Source: Mustelus asterias (taxonomy: Eukaryota). Taken from it: a stretch of DNA of 64,000 nt. Each line of letters opens with the position of its first letter. The stretch's first letter is position 1. Made by a program: the position numbers and the translations under genes. The stretch is taken from the NCBI RefSeq assembly GCF_964213995.1, contig NC_135830.1:19468001-19532000 (forward strand), in the 5' to 3' direction. Below, one piece after another: positions 48,186-59,689 of this stretch. Under the pieces are notes generated by a model. The model had not been told where the DNA came from and did not search any database. It was given only the letters and a program-made list of their open reading frames with translations.

Positions 48186-48546
48186 AGAACATAAGAAATA
48201 GGAGCAGGAGTAGGCCATCTAGCCCCTCGAGCCTGCCCCGCCATTCAATAAGATCATGGCTGATCTGAAGTGGATCAGTTCCACTTACCCGCCTGATCCC
48301 TATAACCCCTAATTCCCTTACCGATCAGGAATCCATCTATCCGTGATTTAAACATATTCAACGAGGTAGCATCCACCACTTCCGTGGGCAGAGAATTCCA
48401 GAGACTCACCACCCTCTGAGAGAAGAAGTTCCTCCTCAACTCTGTCCTAAACTGACCCCCCTTTATTTTGAGGCTGTGCCCTCCAGTTCTAGTTTCCTTT
48501 CTAAGTGGAAAGAATCTCTCCATCTCTACCCTATCCAGCCCCTTCA
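48186..48546 (-). mobile_element. CR1 3' end (same subfamily as 59690-60345)
   Basis: ORF 48275..48601 and tail. Confidence 0.9.
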
Positions 48547-49968
48547 ATGAAAGGCAGGACACGAGGAAGTTCTGTGGAACAAAGGGACCTTGTTTGTCCA
48601 CCGACCTCTGAAAGCAGAAGGCATGTTAGTCGGGTGGTGAAAAAGGCATATAGACACTTACCTTTATCAATCGAGGCATAGATCACAAAAGCAGGGAAGC
48701 CATGTTGGAGTTGCATAGAACTTTGGTGAGGCCACAGTTGGAGTACAGTGTGCAGTTTTGGTCGCCATATTATTGGAAGGATGTGATTGCAGTGGTGGGG
48801 GTGCAGAGGAGATTCATCAGGATGCTGCCTGGGATCGAACATTGAAGTTATGAAGAGAGGTTGGATAGGCTTGGGTTGTTTTCGTTGGAGCAGAGAATCA
48901 TAGAATCATAGAAACCCTACAGTGCAGAAAGAGGCCATTCGGCCCATCGAGTCTGCACCGACCACAATCCCACCCAGGCCCTATCCCCATATCCCAACAT
49001 ATTTACTCGCTAATCCCTCTAACCTATGCATCCCGGGACACTAAGGGGCAATTTAGCATGGCCAATTAACCTAACCCGCACATCTTTGGACTGTGGGAGG
49101 AAACCGGAGCACCCGGAGGAAACCCACGCAGACACAGGAAGAATGTGCAAACTCCACACAGACAGTGACCCAAGCCGGGAATCGAACCCAGGTCCCTGGA
49201 GCTGTGAAGCAGCAGTGCTAACCACTGTGCTACCGTGCTGCCCCTAGAAGACTGAGGGGTGACCTGATTGGGGTGTACAAGATTGAGAGACATAGACAGA
49301 GTGGATAAGGAGCAGCTGTTCCCTTTAGTTGAAGGATCAGTCATGAGGGGACATAGGTTCAAGGTGAGGGACAGGAGGTTCAGGGGGGATGTGAGGAAAA
49401 ACCTTTTTACCCCAGAGGGTGGTGACGGTCTGGAGAGCGTTGCCTGGGAGAGTGGTGGAGGCGGGTTGCCTCACATCCTTTAAAAAGTACCTGGCACTTT
49501 AAAAAGCACCTGACACATCATCACATTCAGGCTATGGGCCAAATGCTGGCAGATGGGATTAGGTGGGAATTCAGGTGTTTCTAATGTGTTGGTGCAGACT
49601 CCATAAGACCATAAGACATAGGAGCGGAAGTAAGGCCATTCGGCCCATCGAGTCCACTCCACCATTCAATCATGGTTGATTTCAACTCCATTTACCCGCT
49701 CTCTCCCCATAGCCCTTAATTCCTCGAGAAATCAAGAATTTATCAATTTCTGTCTTGAAGACGCTCAACGTCTCGGCCTCCACAGCCCTCTGTGGCAATG
49801 AATTCCACAGACCCACCACTCTCTGGCTGAAGAAATTTCTCCTCAAGTCTGTTCTAAAGTGACTCCCTTTTATTCTAAGGCTGTGCCCCCGCGTCCTAGT
49901 CTCCCCTGCTAATGGAAACAACTTCCCTACGTCCATCCTATCTAAGCCGTTCATTATCTTGTAAGTCT

Positions 49969-50694
49969 CAAAGAACAAAGAAGAACAAAGAACAATACAG
50001 CACAGGAACAAGCCCTTCGGCCCTCCAAGCCCGCGCCGCTCCCCGGTCCAGGATTGAATCCTGAATCCAGGATCCCCGCCCAATTTTCCAGCCTATCTAC
50101 ATACCAATATCCTATCCACCGAGCTGTCCCTCACAGCTACGATGCTTTGTTCATTACAACCTATTAACTCACCCCCACCCCCCTATTCCAGACCATGTGA
50201 TCTCCAGGGAGAGGCGAAAACCCAGAGTGAAAAACCCCAGGGCCAATATGGGGAAAAAAAAAATCTGGGAAATTCCTCTCCGACCCCCTGAGGCGATCGA
50301 AACGAGTCCAGGAGATCACAATGGCCCTGATCGGAAAATGCTTCCCAACCCTAGTCATTTCCACTTCCATGAACACCATATGAATTCCCTGCCCCCGAGA
50401 CAGGTTCCCAACTATCCGCAGTCTCGCTCTGTACTGGCACCAGCAAGATGATCATAGAATGAAGCCTTGAAACGAGAAACAAGGAACAATTAGCCCGCGC
50501 CGCTCCCTGGTCCAAACTAGACCACTCTTTTGTATCCCTCTATTCCCACTCCGGTCATATAGCTGTCTAGATAAGTCTTAAACGTTCCCAGTGTGTCCGC
50601 CTCCACCACCTTGCCCGGCAACACATTCCAGGCCCCCACGACCCTCTGTGTGAAATATGTCCTTCTGATATCTGTGTTAAACCTCCCCCCCTTC
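49969..50694 (-). mobile_element. CR1 subfamily B 3' end carrying the ~440-bp module (second copy)
   Basis: Direct repeats 50028-50050 and 50492-50514 flank the insert 50051-50491. Confidence 0.9.
50196..50329 (+). ncRNA. Candidate structured RNA in the CR1 module (second copy)
   Basis: All stems seen at 16583-16712 are intact; differences are A-run lengths and bases next to the pseudoknot strand. Confidence 0.5.
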
Positions 50695-50774
50695 AAAGAA
50701 CAAAGAACAAAGAACAGTACAGCACAGGAAACAGGCCTTCGGCCCTCCAAGCCTGTGCCGCTCCTTGGTCTAAC

Positions 50775-53699
50775 TAGACCAATCGTTTGTATCCCTCCAT
50801 TCCCAGGCTGCTCATGTGACCATCCAGGTAAGTCTTAAACGATGTCAGCGTGCCTGCCTCCACCACCCTACTTGGCAGCGCATTTCAGGCCCCCACCACC
50901 CTCTGTGTAAAAAAACGTCCCTCTGATGTCTGAGTTATACTTCGCCCCTCTCAGCTTGAGCCCGTGACCCCTCGTGATCGTCACCTCCGACCTGGGAAAA
51001 AGCTTCCCACTGTTCACCCTATCTATACCCTTCATAATCTTGTATACCTCTATTAAATCTCCCCTCATTCTCCGTCTTTCCAAGGAGAACAACCCCAGTC
51101 TACCCAATCTCTCCTCATAGCTAAGACCCTCCATACCAGGCAACATCCTGGTAAACCTTCTCTGCACTCTCTCCAATGCCTCCACGTCCTTCTGGTAGTG
51201 CGGCGATCAGAACTGGACGCAGTACTCCAAATGCGGCCTAACCAGCGTTCTATACAGCTGCATCATCAGACTCCAGCTTTTATACTCTATACCCCGTCCT
51301 ATAAAGGCAAGCATACCATATGCCTTCTTCACCACCTTCTCCACCTGTGTTGCCACCTTCAAGGATTTGTGGACTTGCACACCTAGGTCCCTCTGTGTTT
51401 CTATACTCCTGATGACTCTGCCATTTATTGCATAACTCCTCCCTACATTATTTCTTCCAAAATGCATCACTTCGCATTTATCCGGATTAAATTCCATCTG
51501 CCACCTCTCCGCCCAATTTTCCAGCCTATCTATATCCTGCTGTATTGCCCGACAATGCTCTTCGCTATCCGCAATTCCAGCCATCTTTGTGTCATCCGCA
51601 AACTTGCTGATTACACCAGTTACACCTTCTTCCAAATCATTTATATATATCACAAATAGCAGAGGTCCCAGTACAGAGCCCTGCGGAACACCACTGGTCA
51701 CAGACCTCCAGCCGGAAAAAGACCCTTCGACCACTACCCTCTGTCTCCTATGGCCAAGCCAGTTCTCCACCCATCGAGCCACTTCTCCTTGTATCCCATG
51801 AGCCTTAACCTTCTTAACCAACCTGCCATGTGGGACTTTGTCAAATGCCTTACTGAAATCCATATAGACGACATCCACGGCCCTTCCTTCATCAACCGTT
51901 TTTGTCACTTCCTCAAAAAACTCCACCAAATTTGTAAGGCACGACCTCCCTCTTACAAAACCATGCTGTCTGTCACTAATGAGATTGTTCCGTTCTAAAT
52001 GCACATACATCCTGTCTCTAAGAATCCTCTCCAACAACTTCCCTACCACGGACGTCAAGCTCACCGGCCTATAATTTCCTGGGTTATCCCTGCTACCCTT
52101 CTTAAACAACGGGACCACATTCGCTATCCTCCAATCCTCAGGGACCTCACCCGTGTCCAAAGAAGCGACAAAGATTTCCGTCAGAGGCCCAGCAATTTCC
52201 TCTCTCGTCTCCCTGAGCAGTCGAGGTTAGATGCCATCAGGCCCTGGGGCTTTGTCAGTTTTAATGTTCCCTAAAAAACCTAACACTTCCTCTCTCGTAA
52301 TGGAGATTTTCTCTAACGGGTCAACACCTCCCTCCGAGACACTCCCGGTTAACACGCCCCTCTCCTTCGTGAATACCGATGCAAAGTATTCATTTAGGAT
52401 CTCCCCTATTCCCTTGGGTTCTAAGCATAATTCCCCTCCTTTGTCCCTGAGAGGTCCGATTTTCTCCCTGACAACTCTTTTGTTCCTAACGTATGAATAG
52501 AATGCCTTAGGATTCTCCTTAATCCTGCCTGCCAAGAACATCTCGTGCCCTCTTTTTGCCCTTCTAACTCCCCGTTTGAGATCTTTCCTACTCTCTCTGT
52601 ATTCCTCCAGAGCTCCATCTGTTTTCAGTTGCCTGGACTTAACGTACGCCTCCCTTTTCATTTTAATCAGATCCTCAATTTCCCTGGTTATCCACGGCTC
52701 TCGAATCCTACCTTTCCTATCTTTCCTTTTTACAGGCACATGCCTATCCTGCAGCCTTATCAATAGTTCCTTAAAAGACTCCCACATGCCAGACGCGGAC
52801 TTACCCTCGAACATCCTCTCCCAATCAACATCCACCAATTCCTGCCTAATCCGGCTATAGTCAGCCTTCCCCCAATTTAGCACCCTGCCCGTAGGACAGC
52901 ACTCATCCTTGTCCATTACTATCCTAAAGTTAACAGAGTTGTGGTCACTATTTGCCACATGTTCCCCTACCGAAACTTTGACGACCTGACCGGGCTCATT
53001 TCCCAGAACTAGGTCCAGTATAGCCCCCTCTCTAGTCGGGCTATCTACATACTGTTCCAAAGAACCTTCCAGTATGCATTTTACAAATTCCTCCCCGTCC
53101 GGTCCCCCAGCTCTAAGCACTTTCCAGTCTGTGCCAGGGAAATTAAAGTCCCCCACTACAACAACCCTATGTTTTCTGCACCTATCCAGAATCTCCTGAC
53201 ATATCCTTTCCTCCACTTCCCGTGGGCTGTTGGGTGGTCTGTAGTACACCCCCAGCATAGTGACTGCACCCTTCCTGTTTCTGAGTTCCACCCACAGCGA
53301 CTCAGTACATGACCCCTCTAAGTTGTCTACCCTCTGCACCGCGGTAATATGCTCCTTAACTAATATCGCTACTCCCCCACCTTTTTTAGCCCCTCCTCTG
53401 TCTCGCCTAAAACACTGATACCCCGGAATATTCAGCTGCCAGTCCTGTCCTTCTTTTAACCAAGTTTCCGTCACCGCAACCACATCCAAATTCCGCACAA
53501 GCATTAAGGCCCTAAGTTCGTCTGTTTTACCCGTTACACTCCTCGCATTGAAGCAGATGCACTCCAGACCTCCAGGCCCAGTCAGGTCCTCCTCCTCCAG
53601 AGTGCTCCTCTTCTTAGCTAGCCTTGCCCTGGCCCCCAGCTCGACCCCAGCCTCAGTATTTACTGACCTCCTGTTTTGTTCCCCACCCCCCTGCCACAC
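50775..53699 (-). pseudogene. CR1 ORF2 (APE endonuclease + reverse transcriptase), two nonsense changes and one frameshift
   Basis: ORFs 52227..53699, 51207..52160 and 50868..51185 are in the same frame. Confidence 0.93.
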
Positions 53700-54727
53700 T
53701 AGTTTAAATCCTGCCGAAACACTCGAGCAAAACTCCCAGCCAGGATATTTGCTCCCTTCCAGTTAAGGTGTAACCCATCCTTTCTGTACAGTTGCCATCC
53801 TGACTTGAAGATTTCCCAGTTATCTATGAATTTAAAACCCTCCCTCTTGCACCAGTCCTTTAGCCACGCGTTCAACTGTAGAATCTCCCTGTTCCGAGCC
53901 TCACTTGCACTAGGCACCGGGAGCAGTCCAGAGATTGCTACACTGGAGGTCTTACTTTTTAGCCTAGCACCCAACTCCCTGAATTTCTCTCGTATGACCC
54001 CCCTGCTCTTCCTACCTACATCATTTCCCCCAATGTGTACAATCACATCCGTTTGACTACCTTCCTTTTTAAATATGCTTCCTACCCTCTCGGAGACATC
54101 CAGTACCCCGGCACCAGGGAGGCAGACTACCATCCTGGATTCTCGTTCAGTCCCACAGAAGCGCCTGTCCGTGCCTCTAACTATTGCGTCCCCCACAACT
54201 ATCGCTCTCCTAAACCCCTTCTTTCCCTTCCGGACCCCTGAGCCTGTCCCCGTGGAGGCGATCTGGTCCTCGTGGCTTACCCCTGGAGGGTCATCCCCCT
54301 CCACAGAATCCAAAACAATATACCTATTGTGGAGGGGGACAACCACAGGGGATCTCTCCACAGACTGCTCACTCCCTTCCCTTCTCCCATCTGTTGCCCA
54401 TCCCTTTCTCTTATGGGAGACTGCTACTGGGGTGCTTTCTGGCACATCACCCTTCTGACTATTACCCCTCCTAACCGTGACCCACGTGTCTTCCTTCCGA
54501 GACCCTGGTGTCACTACCTGACTATAACTTTTATCTATGACTCTCTCATTTTCCCTAACTAAACTGAGTTCATCAAGCCTCAGCTCCAGCTCCCTTACAC
54601 GATCCTTCAGGAGATGCAGTTCCACACATCTGGCACAGATATGGACTTCCGGGAGGCAAGTTGTCTCCAGGAACTCCCACATCCCACACCGAATGCAGTA
54701 TACTGGCCTCCCACTCATACCAGCCAT
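53699..54727 (-). CDS. CR1 ORF1 protein: CxxC..CxxC motif, leucine zipper, SGNH/GDSL esterase-like domain
   Basis: CIRC...CARC, heptad leucines LKDRVRELELRLDEL, blocks VVGDAIVRG, HIGGND and DGLH; ATG at 54727. Confidence 0.88.
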   Translation of the reverse strand: MAGMSGRPVYCIRCGMWEFLETTCLPEVHICARCVELHLLKDRVRELELRLDELSLVRENERVIDKSYSQVVTPGSRKEDTWVTVRRGNSQKGDVPESTPVAVSHKRKGWATDGRREGSEQSVERSPVVVPLHNRYIVLDSVEGDDPPGVSHEDQIASTGTGSGVRKGKKGFRRAIVVGDAIVRGTDRRFCGTERESRMVVCLPGAGVLDVSERVGSIFKKEGSQTDVIVHIGGNDVGRKSRGVIREKFRELGARLKSKTSSVAISGLLPVPSASEARNREILQLNAWLKDWCKREGFKFIDNWEIFKSGWQLYRKDGLHLNWKGANILAGSFARVFRQDLN

Positions 54728-55013
54728 GTCCTTTTTAGTTTTGGGGATAAAACAAAAAGGGGGTGTAACCGAAGAAAAACAAACAAACAACCTTCCTCGC
54801 CGAAGCCCTGTGAGTCAAAGCCCTTTTAGCTCTCACTCTGTCCCCTGCTCACTCCACTGCCCGCTAACGACGCTGCCCGCTCAAAGGTGCGGCCTACTTT
54901 TAAACCCTCCAAAATCTTCCCAGGCTGCTGCTGGGCCTATTTCCTGTTTAGAAAAAAAAAAACCTCCGATTTTTTTCACTAATTGAACTGAAAAATAATT
55001 AAATAAATTAATT

Positions 55014-55169
55014 ACTCTACTGCAGCCCGAGCAGCACTCCCACAGTGAGACACCAACTGTCACACTCTACTGCAGCCCGAGCAGCACTCCCACAGTGAGA
55101 CACCAACTGTCACACTCTACTGCAGCCCGAGCAGCACTCCCACAGTGAGACACCAACTGTCACACTCTA
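55014..55169 (-). repeat. Three perfect 50-bp tandem monomers at the CR1 5' end
   Basis: ACTCTACTGCAGCCCGAGCAGCACTCCCACAGTGAGACACCAACTGTCAC at 55014, 55064 and 55114. Confidence 0.95.
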
Positions 55170-55812
55170 TCAGATCTCCCCTCAACCTCCTAAACTCCAA
55201 TGAATACAATCCCACGATCCTCAGACGTTCATCGTATGTCAGGCCTACCATTCCTGGGATCATCCGTGTGAATCTCCGCTGGACCCGCTCCAGTGCCAGT
55301 ATGTCCTTCCTGAGGTGTGGGGCCCAAAATTGCTCACAGTACTCGATGGGCCGAAGGGCCTCTTCTGCATCGTATGATTCTATGATTCTTTACTTGTGAC
55401 ACTGATAAATAAACTGAAATTTAAGTTTTTGGTTATCTGTTCAAATATCACCCTCTGTGACTCGGTGTCAAATTTCCCATTCTGAAACTCCTCTGAAGCA
55501 CCTCGGGATGTTTTATTACATTCAACCTTTTCTATAAATACAAGTTGTTACATTTTCACAGCAACCAGTTTGAGCACAGTAAGATTCCACAAACAGCAAT
55601 CAAACCCGTGACCAGCTTCTTTGGTGATGTTAGTCACCAAACGTTAGTCAAGGGGGTTGGAGTATAAGAGGGAAATCTTGCTGCAACTATACAAGGTACG
55701 GGTGAGACCACATCTGGAGCACTGTGAGCAGTTTTGGTCCCCTTGTTTAAGGAAAGACTGTATATCATTGAAGGCTGTTCAAAGAAGGTTCTCCAAGATG
55801 ATCCCCGGTATG

Positions 55813-56335
55813 GGGGTGGCACAGTGGTTAGCGCTGCTGCCTCAGCGCTCGGGACCCGGGTTCGATTTCTGGCTCGGGGTCACTGTCTGTGTGGAGTCTG
55901 CACATTCTCCTCGTGTCTGCGTGGGTTTCCTCCGGGTGCTCCGGTTTCCTCTCAGTCCAAAGATGTGCAGGTTAGGTTGATTGGCCATGCTAAATTGTCC
56001 CTTAGTGTCCAAAGATGTGCAGGTTAGGTGGATTGGCCATGCTAAATTGTCCCTTAGTGTCCAAAGATGTGCAGGTTAGGTTGATTGGCCATGCTAAATT
56101 GTCCCTTAGTGTCCAAAGATGTGCAGGTTAGGTTGATTGGCCATGCTAAATTGTCCCTTAGTGTCCAAAGATGTGCAGGTTAGGTTGATTGGCCATGCTA
56201 AATTGCCACTTAGTGTCAGGGGGACTAGTAGGGTAAATATGTGGGGTTATGGGGATAGGGCCTGGGTGGGATTGTGGTCGATGCAGACTCGATAGGCCAA
56301 ATGGCTTCCTTCTGCAATGTAGGGATTCTATGATA
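55813..56335 (+). mobile_element. V-SINE with internal 52-bp tandem repeat x5
   Basis: Units start at 55955, 56007, 56059, 56111 and 56163. Confidence 0.9.
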
Positions 56336-56420
56336 TTATGATGGAGGTATTAACGTTAAACGGGTTGGGACTGTATTCATTGGAATTTAGTAGAATGAGA
56401 AGTTATCGAATTGGAACATA

Positions 56421-56766
56421 TCATAGAATCATAGAAACCCGACAGTGCAGGAAGAGGCCATTCGGCCCATCGAGTCTGCACCGACCACAATCCCACCCAG
56501 GCCCTATCCCCATATCCCAACATATTTACTCGCTAATCCCTCTAACATATGCATCACGGGACACTAAGGGGCAATTTAGCATGGCCAATTAACTTAACCC
56601 GCACATCTTTGGACTGTGGGAGGAAACCGGAGCACCCGGAGGAAACCCACGCAGACACAGGAAGAATGTGCAAACTCCACACAGACAGTGACCCAAGCCG
56701 GGAATCGAACCCAGGTCCCTGGAGCTGTGAAGCAGCAGTGCTAACCACTGTGCTACCGTGCCGCCC
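56421..56766 (-). mobile_element. HE1 V-SINE at the duplication junction (probably chimeric)
   Basis: Left flank and GCAGGAAG match the 58587 copy; the body and right flank match the 48895 copy. Confidence 0.85.
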
Positions 56767-58134
56767 CTAGAAGACTGAGGGGTGACCTGATTGGGGTGTA
56801 CAAGATTGAGAGACATAGACAGAGTGGATATGGAGCAGCTGTTCCCTTTAGTTGAAGGATCAGTCATGAGGGGACATAGGTTCAAGGTGAGGGACAGGAG
56901 GTTCAGGGGGGATGTGAGGAAAAACCTTTTTACCCCAGAGGGTGGTGACGGTCTGGAGAGCGTTGCCTGGGAGAGTGGTGGAGGCGGGTTGCCTCACATC
57001 CTTTAAAAAGTACCTGGCACTTTAAAAAGCACCTGACACATCATCACATTCAGGCTATGGGCCAAATGCTGGCAGATGGGATTAGGTGGGAATTCAGGTG
57101 TTTCTAATGTGTTGGTGCAGACTCCATAAGACCATAAGACATAGGAGCGGAAGTAAGGCCATTCGACCCGAGTCCACTCCACCATTCAATCATGGTTGAT
57201 TTCAACTCCATTTACCCGCTCTCTCCCCATAGCCCTTAATTCCTCGAGAAATCAAGAATTTATCAATTTCTGTCTTGAAGACGCTCAACGTCTCGGCCTC
57301 CACAGCCCTCTGTGGCAATGAGTTCCACAGACCCACCACTCTCTGGCTGAAGAAATTTCTCCTCATCTCTGTTCTAAAGTGACTCCCTTTTATTCTAAGG
57401 CTGTGCCCCCGCGTCCTAGTCTCCCCTGCTAATGGAAACAACTTCCCTACGTCCATCCTATCTAAGCCGTTCATTATCTTGTAAGTCTCTATCAGATCTC
57501 CCTTCAACCTCCTAAACTCCAATGAATATAATCCCACGATCCTCAGACGTTCATCGTATGTCAGGCCTACCATTCCCGGGATCATCCGTGTGAATCTCCG
57601 CTGGACCCGCTCCAGTGCCAGTATGTCCTTCCTGAGGTGTGGGGCCCAAAATTGCTCACAGTACTCGATGGGCCGAAGGGCCTCTTCTGCATCGTATGAT
57701 TCTATGATTCTTTACTTGTGACACTAATAAATAAACTGAAATTTAAGTTTTTGGTTATCTGTTCAAATATCACCCTCTGTGACTCGGTGTCAAATTTCCC
57801 ATTCTGAAACTCCTCTGAAGCACCTCGGGATGTTTTATTACATTCAACCTTTTCTATAAATACAAGTTGTTACATTTTCACAGCAACCAGTTTGAGCACA
57901 GTAAGATTCCACAAACAGCAATCAAACCCGTGACCAGCTTCTTTGGTGATGTTAGTCACCAAACGTTAGTCAAGGGGGTTGGAGTATAAGAGGGAAATCT
58001 TGCTGCAACTATACAAGGTACAGGTGAGACCACATCTGGAGCACTGTGAGCAGTTTTGGTCCCCTTGTTTAAGGAAAGACTGTATATCATTGAAGGCTGT
58101 TCAATGAAGGTTCTCCAAGATGATCCCCGGTATG

Positions 58135-58500
58135 GGGGTGGCACAGTGGTTAGCGCTGCTGCCTCAGCGCTCGGGACCCGGGTTCGATTTCTGGCTCGGG
58201 GTCACTGTCTGTGTGGAGTCTGCACATTCTCCTCGTGTCTGCGTGGGTTTCCTCCGGGTGCTCCGGTTTCCTCTCAGTCCAAAGATGTGCAGGTTAGGTT
58301 GATTGGCCGTGCTAAATTGTCCCTTAGTGTCCAAAGATGTGCAGGTTAGGTTGATTGGCCATGCTAAATTGCCACTTAGTGTCAGGGGGACTAGTAGGGT
58401 AAATATGTGGGGTTATGGGGATAGGGCCTGGGTGGGATTGTGGTCGATGCAGACTCGATAGGCCAAATGGCTTCCTTCTTCAATGTAGGGATTCTATGAT
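58135..58500 (+). mobile_element. V-SINE with 52-bp repeat x2
   Basis: Paralogue of 55813-56335. Confidence 0.9.
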
Positions 58501-58586
58501 ATTATGATGGAGGTATTAACGTTAAACGGGTTGGGACTGTATTCATTGGAATTTAGTAGAATGAGAAGTTATCGAATTGGAACATA

Positions 58587-59122
58587 TCATAGAATCATAG
58601 AAACCCTACAGTGCAGGAAGAGGCCATTCGGCCCATCGAGTCTGCACCGACCACAATCCCACCCAGGCCCTACCCCCATATCTCTACATATTTTACCCAC
58701 TAATACCTCGAACCTACACATCTCAGGACACTAAGGGGCAATTTTAGCATGGCCAATCAACCTAACCCGCACATCTTTGGACTGTGGGAGGAAACCGGAG
58801 CACCCGGAGGAAACCCACGCAGACATGAGGAGAATGTGCAAACTCCACACAGACAGTGACCCCGAGCCGGGAATCGAACCCAGGTCCCTGGAGCTGTGAA
58901 GCAGCAGTGCTAACCACTGTGCTACCGTGCCAACCAAGTCCAAAGATGTGCGGGTTAGATTGATTGGCCAGGTTAAAAATTGCCCCTTAGAGTCCTGTGA
59001 TGCGTAGGTTAGAGGGATTAGCGGGTAAATATGTGGGGGTAGGGCCTGGGTGGGATTGTGGTCGGTGCAGACTCGATGGGCCGAATGGCCTCCTTCTGCA
59101 CTGTAGGGTTTCTATGATTCTA
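58587..59122 (-). mobile_element. HE1 V-SINE (-, 58587-58931) abutting an HE1 3' half (+, 58936-59122)
   Basis: Head, V-domain and two outward-facing tails. Confidence 0.85.
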
Positions 59123-59689
59123 GGATTCTTAAGTGGCTTGACAGTGTAAAGAGGATGTTTCTCCCCATGGGGGAGTCTGGGACCAGAGGGCACGGTCTCA
59201 GAATAAAAGGGCGCCAATTTAAAACTGAGATGAGGGGGAATTTCTTCTCTCAGAGGGTTGTAAATCTTTGGAACTCCTTGCCACAGAGAGGGGCAGAGTT
59301 CTTCTGTAAATTTAAAGCTGAGATAGATTTTTTTTTATCAGTAATGGATAAAATGGTTTTCCCCGTAACGGGGCAAAAGGACAGGAAAGTGGATGTGAGG
59401 AATGTCAGATCAGCCATTGAATGGTGGAGCAGGCTTGAGGGGCCAAACAGCCTACTGCTGTTCCTGTTCCTTATGGTCTTCAAGCATGGATGTTGGTCCC
59501 ACTGCAGCAGTGGGGAACTCCCCTGTGGACAGTGTGTGGAATTGTTGAGCTCTCCTGAGCTGAGAGATCTGATTGAGCTCTCAGACCTGCAGTGTACCTT
59601 GAAAAACCGCTGTCTGGGATCCTTCCTCTTAATTAACTGACTCCCAGCTGAAGTTGTTCTGCAGTAAAATAGTTAACTTTGAAAGGCAA

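Larger units (their letters stand above)
50695..55168 (-). mobile_element. Full-length CR1 LINE subfamily A (5' repeats, ORF1, disrupted ORF2, tail)
   Basis: ORF1 53699-54727; ORF2 from 53699 to ~50775 with stops at 52229-52227 and 51209-51207 and a frameshift near 50910; (GTTCTTT)n tail. Confidence 0.96.
48895..58586. repeat. ~2.2-kb tandem segmental duplication (copy 1: 48895-49968 + 55169-56420; copy 2: 56421-58586)
   Basis: Same order and near-identical sequence of HE1, CR1(+), CR1(-), unique spacer, SINE and CR1 pieces; copy 1 contains a 5.2-kb insertion. Confidence 0.92.

Noticed and set aside
55041-55147. CACAGTG heptamers in the CR1 monomers and SINE heads read as RSS
   Set aside because: No nonamer at 12 or 23 bp in the monomers, and no adjacent V, D or J coding sequence
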